Positions 12,061-25,423 of a stretch of DNA of 64,000 bases are shown here, in pieces. Under the pieces are notes generated by a model. It searched no databases, was not told where the DNA came from, and was given only the letters and a program-made list of their open reading frames with translations. The position numbers and the translations under genes were made by a program. Source of the DNA: Phoronis australis (lineage: Eukaryota > Animalia > Phoronida); contig NMRA01000313.1 in NCBI GenBank assembly GCA_002633005.1, forward strand, positions 248,001-312,000, written 5' to 3'. The stretch's first letter is position 1, and each line of letters begins with the position of its first letter.

Positions 12061-12699
12061 GCATTCTGTGCTAATTTCGTCCCGTGTATTTTAAACGGGG
12101 GGNAAAGCAACAACATCTCCCATAAAACGTCCAAAAGATCGTCTATTGTAATGCGCAGTTTGGCATGGCCGCAGCCGCCGCCGCTCCCGCCACCGCCGCC
12201 GCTGCTGCTGCTGCCAGAAAATCTCCTCTTATTTCACTTTGCAAAGCTCTTTGTTCACTTTGAAGACTGAATTTCCAAAAGCAAGCACGTCATGCATGTG
12301 CACACGACTATAAGAAATCGGACACCATAAAATAATTGCTTACTGGCACCGTGATTTCAAAATAAAAGCGCGAAAGATATTTCGGAAACAATCGTTGATA
12401 TGCAACTTCCATCGTTATCGGTACTAGATCGCACCAATTGGGAAATCCCAGTTTCGTCATTCAAGAGATTCCCTTGTGGAAATTTTGCATAGCTTGAAAT
12501 ATCAAGTAGTCGGCTATATGGAAAGCCAAAGCGGAAAAAATTACAGAACACTTAGTTTCTAGACAAGATTTAAAAACATCCCAAGACAATGTTTTACTCG
12601 ACAGGACCGAAAAATGAGTGAACCCCAGAATTTTTCACTAATGTAAGAATTAAAAACAGTCTAAAACATTATATTCCATGTGCAAAACCAAAAAACAAC

Positions 12700-13316
12700 T
12701 CACGGCCAGGTCAAGACGTCAGGACTGACGAAATTTATCGCGTCAGGACCTACATGTATAATTTATCACGTCGGAACCTAAAATCTATCGCGACAGGACG
12801 TATAACTTAAAAGGTCCGGACCAAATTTAGCACGCCAGGACCAAATGTTTATTACGCCAGAAAATTTTTCATGTCAGGAGGTCACGTGGCCATCCAGGAG
12901 TACCTGACCCCTCAATGTGACGACGTCGGTACTAGGTATACATAAAGGCTGAAGTGCAATGAGATATATATAGCTCATTGGCTAAGCGCTGAACTATGTC
13001 TCGCCGACGACATTCATATCATCGTGACAGTGATGTTGATTTTCTAATGTCTCTTTAACGCTTTACAGCATAAGCCAATGTCACGTTACACTTGGATACG
13101 TGGATGAAGTCCCCATGTTCGTGATCCCGTGCTTGTGGGTGGTCACGTGGTCTCGTGGCACGAAAATGTTTCTTTCCTGGCGTGATCAATTTTCGGTCTT
13201 TGCGTGATAAATTTTCGGCCGAGCTAGATAATTTTTTTTGTCCTGGCGCGATAAATTTTTGGTCTTCAAGTTTTAAATTTTGGTCCTGACGTCATAGGTT
13301 CTGGTACGATAAATTC
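12700..13316. mobile_element. Foldback-like element with inverted arrays of ~21-bp subrepeats
   Basis: AAATTTATCGCGYCAGGACC units at ~12710-12880; their reverse complements GGTCCTGGCGCGATAAATTT at ~13170-13316. Confidence 0.65.
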
Positions 13317-14791
13317 TAATTTTTAGTTGGTTTCAATTCTAGAGTAGAAATTATGTGTCCTGGAATGTTTTCCGCTTTGGCTTTCCATTGCTGTGATAAG
13401 TTCACGCATATTTTAAATTGAGAATAGGAAAACACTTGCTGTTGTAACTCAGCCATGTCACCAACAGTGCTGTTACTAAATCCTGTACGCGTGCACATTC
13501 ATTACTACTTGAGTCCAACAGTGGACTATCTTATTCGTTTGCGATACCTTCGATGAATACTTGGTAAAATAAGTAGCCCTTATGAAAGGTCACCTGCCAT
13601 TTGAAAATTTTCAAACTATTTTTTGTTTTTCATTATTAAACGTGTTTTGCGATCTATCCATCGATCTTTCTTGATATATCCATATTTGCCGTTTGCAATA
13701 CCGAGCCTCAGAGTCACCTGGGTTTAAGGCAATTGTCCTAGAAAAATATTCTTTTTAATAGCAAGCGTTTCTTTTGTCGACTTCGTTGCGAAATCTATAG
13801 AGCACTTAGCGCAAATGTTGTTTTTCTTTTCCCCCATACGAATGTAATGTAAATTTATATTTACAACCGAGTGTAGATTTGCGCATGGTGTACGTTTACG
13901 TATGGGTCCAAAGATGCTGCAAAAAGCCCCTAGCCTTATTGCACTTTTGCTAATTTGAAGATTTTGATTCACAGAAATGCTTTACTTAAACGTCTCTTAC
14001 AGAACTCCGCTTTCGAGTAGGACACGAACAGTTTGGCATTATAAATTGCCTGCATGTACTGCGTATGTTTGTCCAGTGTTCACAAGACTCGAACACGTCC
14101 CGTTTTGTTGGGTAATGTGCAGAAGATAAGCTTGGGAAATGTCAGCGGATGATGTAATGCTGGGAAGCTATATTTAATTTGTCTAGATCTTGCAAAATTC
14201 ATCATGTTGTCGGCAATATTTCTACAATCTGCTACTAGCGGTTAATTCATGTATAGTATATTTCCGCCTTTGGGGGTTTGTGGGAATATGCAGGGTTGCG
14301 TTCCGTCGACCCAAGACATTAACCATGCACTTGCCGCCAATCTTCGCTTCTGGAACAGAAACTCTGTGGTTATCTATAATTTATAAATTCTATGCCACAT
14401 TCAGTGACGGCCATTTTGCTAGGATACGCTAGCGAAAAGCGCCGTTACCTCCACTGCTTTTTAGGAGAACTTACGGAATCTTTTTTCGCAAGAATCTCGT
14501 GTCTACGTAATGCTGCCCAGTAGTACGCCTATGCGAGAATTTGTCTTCTTTTGTTAGTTCTATTATGATTATATTCGACATATGTGTCCACCGTTTAAGA
14601 TGTGTTTCGTACAGATATTCCACTCATTAGAATAGCGGGCAGAGAGTTTTGATTCCATAAGAAATTTATATGGCGTATATTAGAGGCACCATCCAACCAG
14701 CCCCTCCAAGTCTCAAACCGATGATTACAAATTTCACCGGCTGTGTAGTTAAAATATCATTAGTATCATAAGTGTTTCTTTTTTAATATAG

Positions 14792-14913
14792 GTAACGTTG
14801 GTGAACCCTCCTTCCCCAGTTCCCGATTGGTTGATAGCTACGCTGGCTATAGTAGGGTTCCTGGTGATTATGGCTATAACCTACTGCGCATGTCACCTGA
14901 TACACAAGCGGAA
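14792..14913 (+). CDS. Mucin-like membrane protein, exon D (transmembrane helix)
   Basis: ttttaatatAG| VTLVNPPSPVPDWLIATLAIVGFLVIMAITYCACHLIHKR |GTAAGT; phase 0 to 2; hydrophobic helix followed by basic residues. Confidence 0.88.
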
Positions 14914-17101
14914 GTAAGTTGTTCATGGGGAAATTTATTTAAAATGATAGTGTGCTGTACTTCACAATATTCCTCTCAACATTAATTAACGTTGTGAATT
15001 TTTAGTTACGATTCGAGCGTCCTGAGCAAACTACACACCGTGTGTCTCGGACGCCAGATACATGTAAGTCTTGTTAGATGTCTATTGGACAACAGTTTTT
15101 TATCGGTTTTAACGTAAATGTGACGACTCAAATGAATGTAAGTATAAATAGGATTTTCGAAAGAATCCGTTTCAGAAACTTTGGGGAATTGGCATAAAAG
15201 CTGAACTAAGTAAATAAGCAAAAATTCCTAACAACTTTTCTTAGACATAACGTAGAATTTTCATATTTTCATTTAAAAAAGGTTTTAGTAAAACCGGCTG
15301 TGTGGTTATTTTGCTATGAATGTACATTTCTTGCACACTTAAAAAACGTGGTCACGTAACAATAATAAATACGCGGTAGTAAGAAGCATGTTTTAGAATC
15401 CTCGATCTTCCTTTACCAGAAAATTTATACTTTTAATGGTCGACACGTCATAGTTTTTTCGATATTTGACTTGTAATTGGGGTAGTTTATTAAGGTCCTA
15501 GATAACCTTAAAAGACAATTTTTCACAAAGAAAAGCAATTTTATCTTAATTTGTTCTTGTGCGACGAGGTGGTCACTTTGGCTGTACAGCGAGCGCCCTG
15601 ATTGAGCAGTATTTAGGTATGATCACTGATTCTAAATTTGTAACTGACGTAATTTTGGCGTGGCTAGGAAGGCTGTACAATACACGCATGCGTGAACCAG
15701 TACGAAGGTGAATAGCTTATTCTGAGTAACAATAATACAAATGCTCGGCGGCGATGACGGCTGTTTGATGGAAGAGAATAGCAAGAGATTAGTGTGAGGA
15801 TGTCGAGCACTTGACACGTGTCAACGACCTCAGAGTTCAAGGACATTCCTTCTTGGCCTGTTGTTCTGATAGGCTGCGGGCTTTGCGTTAGTGTGTGACT
15901 CCATGGCAAGTTTCAAAGTTGCTTTCTTCGGAGCCCCGAACTTGACTGTGTAGTTGAACATCCGAACTACTACACCCGAGACTGAAATGATAACCCGAGT
16001 TGAGCTACCGAATGGATGGCGGAGTGAAACTCGAGACTAGGAGTTGACTTTACCACACAGCTATTTACAAACACCTTCCGGGTAGTGCATGAATGTTCGA
16101 GAAAAACAACGAACTTACGTGTGGGTAATTACAATGTTAGCGTATGTTTAATCCCTAACCCTGTTGAACACTTCTCTCTCGCGGCGTCAGTATTGAAAAT
16201 ATGCATAAATATGAGAATTAACAAAAAAAACATGATATCCATAGTTCTCTTGAATTTTTAGGAAAAAAGTGGAATCTTTGACTATTTTATATACTGGACC
16301 ACCGGTTTCTGAAGGAACGATTTTAGTCCGACTTAACAAAAGGCTTGGAGCAAAGTTTTTCTTTACTTTGTTATTCTTCTGTGTCGGATATTTACAGCCA
16401 TTCTTGTAGCATATTTGGAAGATCAGATCCTTTGGCAAAGCATGAAACACTGTACCAGCGTGATAAATCCTTCATAAAGTTTACTACCAGTTACACAAAA
16501 GGAAACCAAAATGAGTGCAACTTAAAAAGGGTTTCGGTAGGCCTGCTCGGGTCCGAGGACCAAAATAACGTCGCCTTCCGCTTTTCTTTTAGTCGATCTA
16601 GCGGATTGCGCGTAAGGTGCATATGCTAGCGTAGTGCTGAGGTCACCTCCAGTGTCTCGTTTGCCAATCACAAATGAAAAGAGGCTGTTAAAAGTTTTAA
16701 ACCGTCCTTTCAGTGGTAGAAAAACATCAAAACCATACTTTCTACACATGTTCAAAAGGCCCTTACCCTAGACAGCTAGCCTACTGCTTGAGCCAACCTA
16801 TATTTTACGTAATAAACAGGGTGTCCTGAAATGTATTCACAATTCAATTGACGATAACTGCGTTGATTATTGACTTAGGAAAATATCACTGGTTTAAATT
16901 CATAACAATATATCAAATTAAATGTAGTATTTAAAAAAATAAATTCCTTGTTTGTTAATATGGGATGTAATAATTTAATATTTTTATTGAGATTAATGAT
17001 CTTTTGGTACGCATAGGTAGGAGAATTTTTACGTCCCTTTTAACGAAACACATCTGTAACTAATGTTCGTGTTAAAAAACGGAATATTTTACTCCTGCCA
17101 G

Positions 17102-17446
17102 AGACAAACGGAAGAAACTTGCCTACCAAACTGAAGTAAGCCTACATCGCGACGAAACTACGGTTGGAAAAGATCTTGAGATGCAAGCTTCTGGTGACGT
17201 ACATCAAGGAATAGATCATAGTACTCCATCTACCGAACTGACGTCTGAGAGCGAAACCACAGCGCTCAAAAACGAAAGTGAAAAAGCCCCAGAAATTAAT
17301 GGTGTTTCAGAAGCCGAAAGGCGGCGCTTGAGTAGCACAACAGCGTACCGAGACTCCGTTGAAAAAGAGTTTGGGGATATCGTGGCAAAAGTCGAGACCG
17401 AGAATGCTAAATTGATCAGCGAAAACGAAGAAGAAAGTAAAGCCAG
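17102..17446 (+). CDS. Mucin-like membrane protein, exon E (cytoplasmic, acidic)
   Basis: actcctgccAG| DKRKKLAYQTEVSL...SENEEESKA |GTAGGA; 345 nt, phase 2 to 2. Confidence 0.85.
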
Positions 17447-18189
17447 GTAGGACCACGTAGTTAGGAAAGATTTATTCATAGTCCTTTCTTTAACGTTGTG
17501 AGTAATGTACTGTGTGCTCAGATTTTCTTAAAAAGTGGTCATTGGTTTCGTGGGCCAAAACGGTCATGTAAATTAACTAAATATCTTATTAATTTTTGGG
17601 TGTTTGCTTATCCAGTTGGCAATCACCCAATGATTTGGGAAATGTTTCATTCGTAAGTCGTGTTTCATATTAAAAATATAGCTGTCCTAAAGAAACAAGA
17701 CATGGTTGAGTTACAATTTGACTTTCATGTCAAACGAGACGCAATTAAAATGCATATGAAACGGCCCAACTGGAAAACAGTAAATTTATGCAAATCATAA
17801 CGCGATTGATGACTGTAAAGCGATCTCAGGGGCTTCAGGGAGTATACGCTGGAACCACTATCATCACTGGTCCTGTTTCCGTCCACAAAAGGTCGGAAAG
17901 TGAAATCAAATATCTTGATTCGTCAGACAATTCTTATCCTAATGCTGTCATATTAAAGTACAATAAAGAGTAATTGAACGGTTTTCAGGACTTCCAGAGT
18001 TGCATGCCTGTCAACTCCGGACCGTCCATCACGACATTATAATGTTATGAGTCGTACTGTTTGCATCCAAGATGATCGAGTTTTAAACGTGTGCTGAACA
18101 TTTTGGAAAAGTAAATCAGTTATCGAGGGTAGTTCATTCTTTGATATCACTTTCATCATTAACGATTTTGAAACGGATTTTTTTTTCAG

Positions 18190-18262
18190 CTTAAAGGAAG
18201 ACCATGCTTACGACAATCCGGTGGCAACGGATGCTGGCGATGACGGCATAACACGGTTCTGA
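18190..18262 (+). CDS. Mucin-like membrane protein, last coding exon F
   Basis: tttttttcAG| (S)LKEDHAYDNPVATDAGDDGITRF* ; phase 2 matches exon E; ends in a class I PDZ-type motif T-R-F. Confidence 0.85.
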
Positions 18263-19694
18263 AACCGTGAAAGAAAGGATAGACTCCCCTCGGAAAATTT
18301 CCGTGTAGTCTCATTATAGGAAGTTGAAAGTTTAGGAAATTACTTCACTATTTACTCTATACGTTATTTCACCAGAATGGGAGTTTTAGAAGAAGTGCGT
18401 GTTCGCGTAGGTGTACCGAACCGTTATCATTGCAAAGGCAGTCTGGAGACATTTGGGATTACCGTCAGACTATACTGGAAAATAGCTATACATTTGTTTT
18501 TGATAATGGCCATCTTCCGTTTTAAAACTAGTCTAAACTTATCCCATTTTGCTTGGATTGAAGTGGTTTTTGACGATTCGTTATTGTTTGAGGCCATGCT
18601 CGACGGATAAACTGAACAAGCCAACTTCAATTGTCAAGAAAAATGGAAATTGACAGTTCATCTCAAGCGCAGAAACTTATCATATTCTGAGTAAAAATGA
18701 ACAAGTTGTGAATAGTCTTATAATGGTAAGTGAACTAACTAAAAAGTTAGTTTTCTATCAAAGGAAGGGTTAATGGCACCTTTAAAGTTAACGAAATCAA
18801 AGTGTCACGTGTTGATGACGTAGTTTGTTACACAGAGACTAACATTTATGTCTATCCATAGTACATGTTCACGTAATTCTACCAAAAATCCTAACAAGAC
18901 GTGTGGTGATCGTCTTCTCACGATAGTTGGACACACATCATGTTGCTAACTTTATACACGACATACAGTGGCAACTTTCAGTGGTACGTTTTGTACTATG
19001 AAGCGTATCGTGACAATCCACTCACGCGTAGACGTATTTGTCTCAGTTCCAACGATAAGTTTCATTTTAAGTATAACCCAACGCAAAGAAATTGTCACGG
19101 AGAAAATAACCAAAATTAGATTTGTTAAAATAAGTGACATTTCGACACTTATAATTCAATATTATGATTACATACATGTTTGCGTTCTTCGTGCTGGACC
19201 CAGTGGTTCTTGGCTTTTGGATTTTGCAATCAAATGTCTTCAAAGAAGGAAACAAAGCTACGGAAATTGCTTTCGCATCAGGCTGGTTTATAGGTTTTGA
19301 GTTTTTGCAGCTGAGCTCCCATGTAGCATCTGTACCAATGCCGTAGATCGATTCAAAAACGTATCCCTGAAAGTGCCTTTTATTTGTTCATTGTCAGTTC
19401 GAATGCACTCCGTGTTAATCGTGAGAATGTGCATCTAGTTGGTAAACTGCATTGGAAAAAGATACGTTCACCTCTTTGTCCTGTAAAAGTTCACTGACAT
19501 GAGATTCTGTTTTAAATCAAAATCGTCAAGGATTCTTCAGAGCATTTCTTAACATCTCTGATCTATGAAAGGTCCGGTCCCTTGACACTCAACATGACAG
19601 AGGACAAAACGATTAAAGAAACAGGTTACTAGTGCAATTCATTCCACATGGCCAATTTGATTCTGAATTATAATTATATGATTTTCGTATTTTA

Positions 19695-20162
19695 CCGTAT
19701 AACCCCGCAATTGAGCACATATGCCTATTGTGGAACAGCGCCTTCATGCGGGACATTTGAGTGGGAACTGAGAGTTATTCTATCGGCAATCGAGGCTAAA
19801 CGCTTTCTTAAAAATAAAGCCATCAGTTTTAAAACTGTATCATTTTAAAATCTGACCGTTACTCTAACCTTTTTATTTCACCCTAATTGTCACTGACGCC
19901 AGATTCCAGAGGAGGTGCGAATGTCTAACGGCCAAAACCCTAGCTACTGCTCTGCCTTGCCCCCAACTCAAAATCTTGCATCCGCCCTGGACGCCATACT
20001 CTTTGTGAAATAAAATGGTTCGGTAGTGTATTTTTAAACATATAGGTGCACCGCATACACTTAATTGCAGGACTTAGGTGCATGCGCGTGTATACGGGAC
20101 ATTTGTGGAAAATCGCATTGCGTTGCTTATAGGTGCAAGCGCTTATTTTCGGGGTTATGCGG
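19695..20162. mobile_element. Tc1/mariner (pogo/Tigger-like) MITE with a nested GC-rich fragment at ~19890-19990
   Basis: TA|CCGTATAACCCCGCAATTGAGC ... GCGCTTATTTTCGGGGTTATGCGG|TA. Confidence 0.7.
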
Positions 20163-21941
20163 TAACGGACACGTGAATGTGTGCAATATCAGTCTTTTAG
20201 CATCCGGCTTGTGACAAGACAGAGATAATCGTCGGAATCGTCATCACGTTTTGAAGTCTGTCAATGTAAACAATTGTTTGGTTATCATTGCACATGCGTG
20301 CACCCAGCCTAAGAAGTGGGAGCTCGAAATTTTGGGAATGTGGAACTTTTACTAAAAAAGGAAACGGGGTGCGTTCAGACCTATGACTTGTGCATTCGCC
20401 GAATTTTGATAGTTCCTGCTTTCTAGTGGACTTTTGTCGCGATTTCTACTTGTTCGGCTTTTTATTTCTNCTCCGCTCCCCCCGGCCGGTTGCGCGCATG
20501 TTGTAAAAAAAATGTTCGTTGCTGTGACGTTACGAGAAGGATCCGTCACGACGATTGGCTTACGATGACACCCCGTTCCATCACTCTGACGAGCAATTGC
20601 TGAGGTTTCTCAAACCCTTTTGATAGATAACTTTGATTGAAATAGGAGCATAATTACGTGTCATTCATCATTTTTTAATTTTTTAAAATTTTGTAAATGG
20701 TATCTTGTAAGCATTAAGTCTGCTAGTCAATACATTATTGTATTTTCCCGTGTTCTCGCACATTATTGCAAAAACGTGCACTCAGACAGAGATTATAAAG
20801 AACTAAACCAAGGCGATCAACGGAGTGTTGATTGTGAAAAGTCAGTGTGTGTGTGTCGGCAAAGTAGAAGAGCGTCAAAGCTGCTTGCTCGTGTCTGACT
20901 GAAAACGTTTCGTGTTTTGATATCAATTCATAAGCTCGAATTGGCGATCACCTAGGTAGCCTGGTTGTATCGGAAAAAATGTCTAATTATTTGAATTCCG
21001 AAAAATGGATTATTTGTTTTTGGGGTATTGAAGACTGGGAAGAACGCGATCCTGTTTTGAAAGTGAAACTACGCGTGCTATCGGACCCCCAAATATTTGT
21101 AAGTTACAATTAAGGTCAACAGTTGAACACGCCAAGATATGATCTACATTATCTCTAATAGTATCTTTTCTTTCAAAAACAATAACAAAATTTCACCTTT
21201 GAAATACATGACCCAACTTATTCTTGATAACAGTCGTGAGCTCGACATATTTCCGTGAAATCTCGCTTTCCTGATTTGTTGTGTCGAAATACACGTTAGT
21301 CCGATGTTATACGTCTGTAGAATCGTACTAGACATTTCCTGATAAAAATGCGGCACAAGTGATCCCTAGTAGCGTCAAGTATTTAGAAAGTCGGATAATT
21401 CTGTAACGAGTTACGCATACTAATTTTATTTGTCTCTTTTATCTTTTTGCCCTTGAAAACGTACTGGATAACTAAGATTTCGTAATCGTTATCAAATTTA
21501 AGCACGTCTGGCAGAACGCAAAGAAACTATCGGGAGTTCTCAGTACTACCACTTGACTCGTGTCTGCCTTACCTGCACGACATATCTTCTCCCAATTCGG
21601 GTATCATTAATTACTTTGCTCAGCAGTTAACATAATTTAGGGTTTTCACTAGACAACATTTATGCCCTAATAGCGTTTAGTAGTTTGAATTGAAGAAAAA
21701 ACAGAGATTGCCTGAGCGCAGCTTTACATTAATATCCTTGGACATTTCGCTACGTTATATAAGACTCTGTGTTCATAATACATGTACAAGAAAGCATTTT
21801 CTCCACACATTCCATGAAAATACCATGAGATTTAGCTGTGGACCTAATTTCAACATAGACTGCATGAAGGTCGTACATGTCCGTAATCAATCCCAGAATT
21901 CAACTACACAAAAGAGCATGACGATTTTTCTCAGTAAAAAT

Positions 21942-22368
21942 TTAGTACAGTAATTGTAGTAGAAGTAATAGTAATAGTAACAGTAGTTGTAGTAGCAGTA
22001 ATAGTATTACTAACAGTAGTTGTAGTAGCAGTAATAGTAACAGTACAGTAGTTGTAGTTGCAGTAACAGTAACAGTACAATACACGTAGTTGTAGTAGCA
22101 GTAAGAGTAACAGTACAGTAGTTGTAGTAGCAGTAACAGTAACAGTACAGTAGTTGTAGTAGCAGTAACAGTAACAGTACAGTAGTTGTAGTAGCAGTAA
22201 TAGTAACAGTACAGTAGTTGTAGTAGCAGTAATAGTAATAGTACAGTAGTTGTAGTAGCAGTAATAGTAACAGTACAGTAGTTGTAGTAGCAGTAATAGT
22301 AATTGTAGCTACAGTAGTGGTAGTTGCAGTTTAAAATAGTTAGTAGAGTAGTAGTGAAAGCAGTAGAA
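21942..22368. repeat. AGT-based compound microsatellite with a 32-bp higher-order unit
   Basis: Unit CAGTACAGTAGTTGTAGTAGCAGTAAYAGTAA repeated about 8 times in the core. Confidence 0.9.
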
Positions 22369-22499
22369 TATTTTGTATCAATGGTAAATTCTTATATTTC
22401 GCTGATAAATCATCCTTGAAGTTTTGAAAATGCAAGCTAATACTGCTTGTTCTTATGTTTGGCTGACCAAAATCATTGCGTTTAAGCTAGGCAATTTAC

Positions 22500-22550
22500 C
22501 TCTCAAAATCGGTCTCAAAATTTTCCTTATTATGGTATTATTTTATTTCG
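22500..22550 (+). repeat. Dispersed repeat fragment (also ~29430-29452 and ~48010-48062)
   Basis: CTCA(T)AAAATCGGTCTCA shared; 22500 and 48010 also share CCTTAT..TGGTATT. Confidence 0.6.
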
Positions 22551-25350
22551 TTGTCACAAAACATTTCTAGTCAGAGCTTTTACGACTGAGCCCACACGTT
22601 AAAGTATTAAGGAGCTGACCAGTCCATCCTGGCGGGCATAGATCATAGACAATTGATGCTCCGATGTTTTCTTTTTGGAATTTCCAGTGGAGGGACCACG
22701 CACTAATTCAATTAATGCATTCGAATAAGAAACATGTGCTTGCGTTCCGTAAACTCAAGAATAACGCGAAAAAACAAGATCATGTTAGACCTATCGAGAT
22801 TTATCGCCTCGCATTATAAGCGGAAGTCAACCCTGGCATCTATTTTACAACAGATCAGAGACAACAGATTCACAACATATGGAATTCCGAGAAGCACCTC
22901 TTTCCGGTAAGTGAGCAGATGACTTACTTGCCGGAAGAAAAACCGCGACTCACACCAGGCGCCGCTGGTGAATAGTGACTTCTCCGCCAATAATGTTGGT
23001 CATGTCTTGTGCGTATGATCATGGATTTTGTCCATTGAGAATATACGGATTTGGCAGTCTGTGATTTTGCTGCCTATATTTAACGCTACAAAATAAAACT
23101 ATTTTGGCATTGTGAAGTCGTTCAACGTATTTCGCATGATTTTTAACGTCGTGAGTAATTTTGGCAATGATTCAGGAGGAAGTGCTATTGCAAAATCCAA
23201 GCTATGACGACACAAACCACAGTCAGCAAACGCAGATACTGAACTGAGAAAAACTGGCTAACTCGGCAGGCGTCGACTGTGAATAAGGGCGTTGCGGCTT
23301 GTGCTGAAGTTCACCGATCACAGGTCCATGTACTTTTGGCTTATGCTGTGAATTTGTGTATTTTTCAAGCAAAATTGAAAGTTGAAACCAGTGTTATCAT
23401 GGCAAAATTAAGTGTAGTTTGTTACAAATGTGTTCCTAAATAGCACATTTCTTAAATTCTGAGTTAAATAATGAGAGGAAAGGATGTGCACTTTTACTAA
23501 GGTACACTGTTCAGTTAATATGACTATTTCCCGGAGACATCCGCCGGTTTCATAAAATATCGAGTCTCAAATGTTTTAATTCGTGAAATCAGGCAAATTC
23601 ACCCTTCTTGTTCTCTAAGATTATACTGTGGTCGCAAGTAAGATCATGTGTGTTACTTTGGCTAAATGCATTTTTATCGGTCGTTATCAGCCGCCATAGG
23701 GTTCTGTTTACGTTACCATCAAGAACATCGAAACCATGAGCGCGTGACCGACTCTAAATTGTTTCCGAGTGCATACGATGGGTTGGCTAACCTTAAAATT
23801 ATGAATTCTAAAATGGCGTTTTTAACCTTTGCACGTGACTTGAGTTTCCGGCTCATTTGCCAACAATTCAAGATTGGATGAACGTAATAATGTATTTAAA
23901 CTTCAAACAATTTAGGTTAAGAATTTAGCATTGGCAGCTAAATAGCGGCGAAATGCCCTTTTAATAAGCCGCTCCATCCTTGTTTTATCCAGTGCAGCGT
24001 TCAATATAACTTCAAGTAAAACAAAACACTATCTACCAACCCACACAACAATCAACTGGACTAATGTTTTTCATTAACTCTCATGTTTCAGGGAGATTAA
24101 TAGTCTGCAGTATGTGTATTAATTGATTGAGTTGCGCCGATAATGAACAGAGAATTTTTGACTTTACAGCTGTATAAAAATATAGAATATGCATCTTACG
24201 CCGTCAGAGCTAGCAATTATAAAAACCTACCGCTTAATTTAGAATGTTTATTGTTTGCGTAACAACGTCAGTACTGTACAAACACGCAAATTATCGGCAG
24301 AGTGGCTAGATACAATAATAATCACGATGTAATAGTCACGATAGCGTGTGTACCTTTTCAACAGTTCAAGATATGGAAACGAACAGCATCGTTGACCGCA
24401 TAATCAACACTTAAGGTCAACAGATAATGCACGGACGGATCGTTAACGATTATCTGACTCGTCATTTAAAGAGATCATTTTGCGAGGCTAGACCATACTG
24501 ATATGCTAAGTCAGAAATGTCAATTTTATGTCACTGTCGATTACTATGCGACTATTCGTACATTACAAAGGGAATGCTGGACCGTATAAGCATTGCATTA
24601 AATGACGGATCATATGAGTGCTCAACAATATTGGCATGAAATGAATGGGTAACAAACACAGGATATGCGAATTGTAATAAACGAAATAATCTACCTGTTG
24701 AAACAGGTTTTGTTGCTTGATGACGATAGAATATTTTGTGGGCAAGGATCACCACCTTTTACAGCTTTAGGGATGACAATCCCCACCCCACATAGTACGG
24801 ACGGGTTTTCCCGGCGTCCTTAGTTTCCAGTCATTAACCCAATTCTTTTCTTACGAGCTGTAGTTCTTTTCTCGTCAACCCCAAATCAGTTCTGTCTAAC
24901 TCAGTTATTTTCGAGTATATCGTAATAACAATCCTTTATCCATATGCAAAGTTTTTTCTCACGAACCGCAGCTTAGTAATCATGCGCATTAGTTAAAATG
25001 TCTGTCCGGCTTCCGCTCACATGATACAGCACACATGCAACTGTCACGTGACTCCTCTTCCTGCTATCGATGAAAAAGTTTCCCTTACAAAATGCGTTTG
25101 TTCATCATACCTCAAAGTTCAACGTTTGAGATCCCGTGACTCGTGATTACATTGCCAGCACAGGCCCTCTTCCGCCGTGGACTCTAGCGAAACGTCGCAC
25201 GCCCGAGAGACCCAATGTCAAGTTTCAACTTTCTTTAGATTTTTTAAACGATTCGCTGTATTTATACAAATTATTTATACAAATATGGGTCTTTCTAAAT
25301 TCTAAAATACATCTATCTCGGTTTTGTTCACGAATAAAGTGTCCTCTAAC

Positions 25351-25423
25351 AAGGGCGCCGCAGCACTAAAAAAGTAGGGCTATAGCCCCCTCCCCTCAGC
25401 CCCCTGCGGTGCGCCGCCCATGT
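25351..25423. mobile_element. ~70-bp GC-rich mini-MITE (relatives at ~27137-27190, 33483-33554, 33558-33625)
   Basis: Ends GGGCGCCGCA...TGCGCCGCCCATG; central palindrome GGGCTATAGCCC. Confidence 0.65.

Noticed and set aside
15639-16133. Solo LTR (TGTAAC...TTACA)
   Set aside because: No matching TSD, PBS or second copy.
22854-22906. Isolated plus-strand exon ending in GTAAGT
   Set aside because: Could not be linked to any neighbouring exon.
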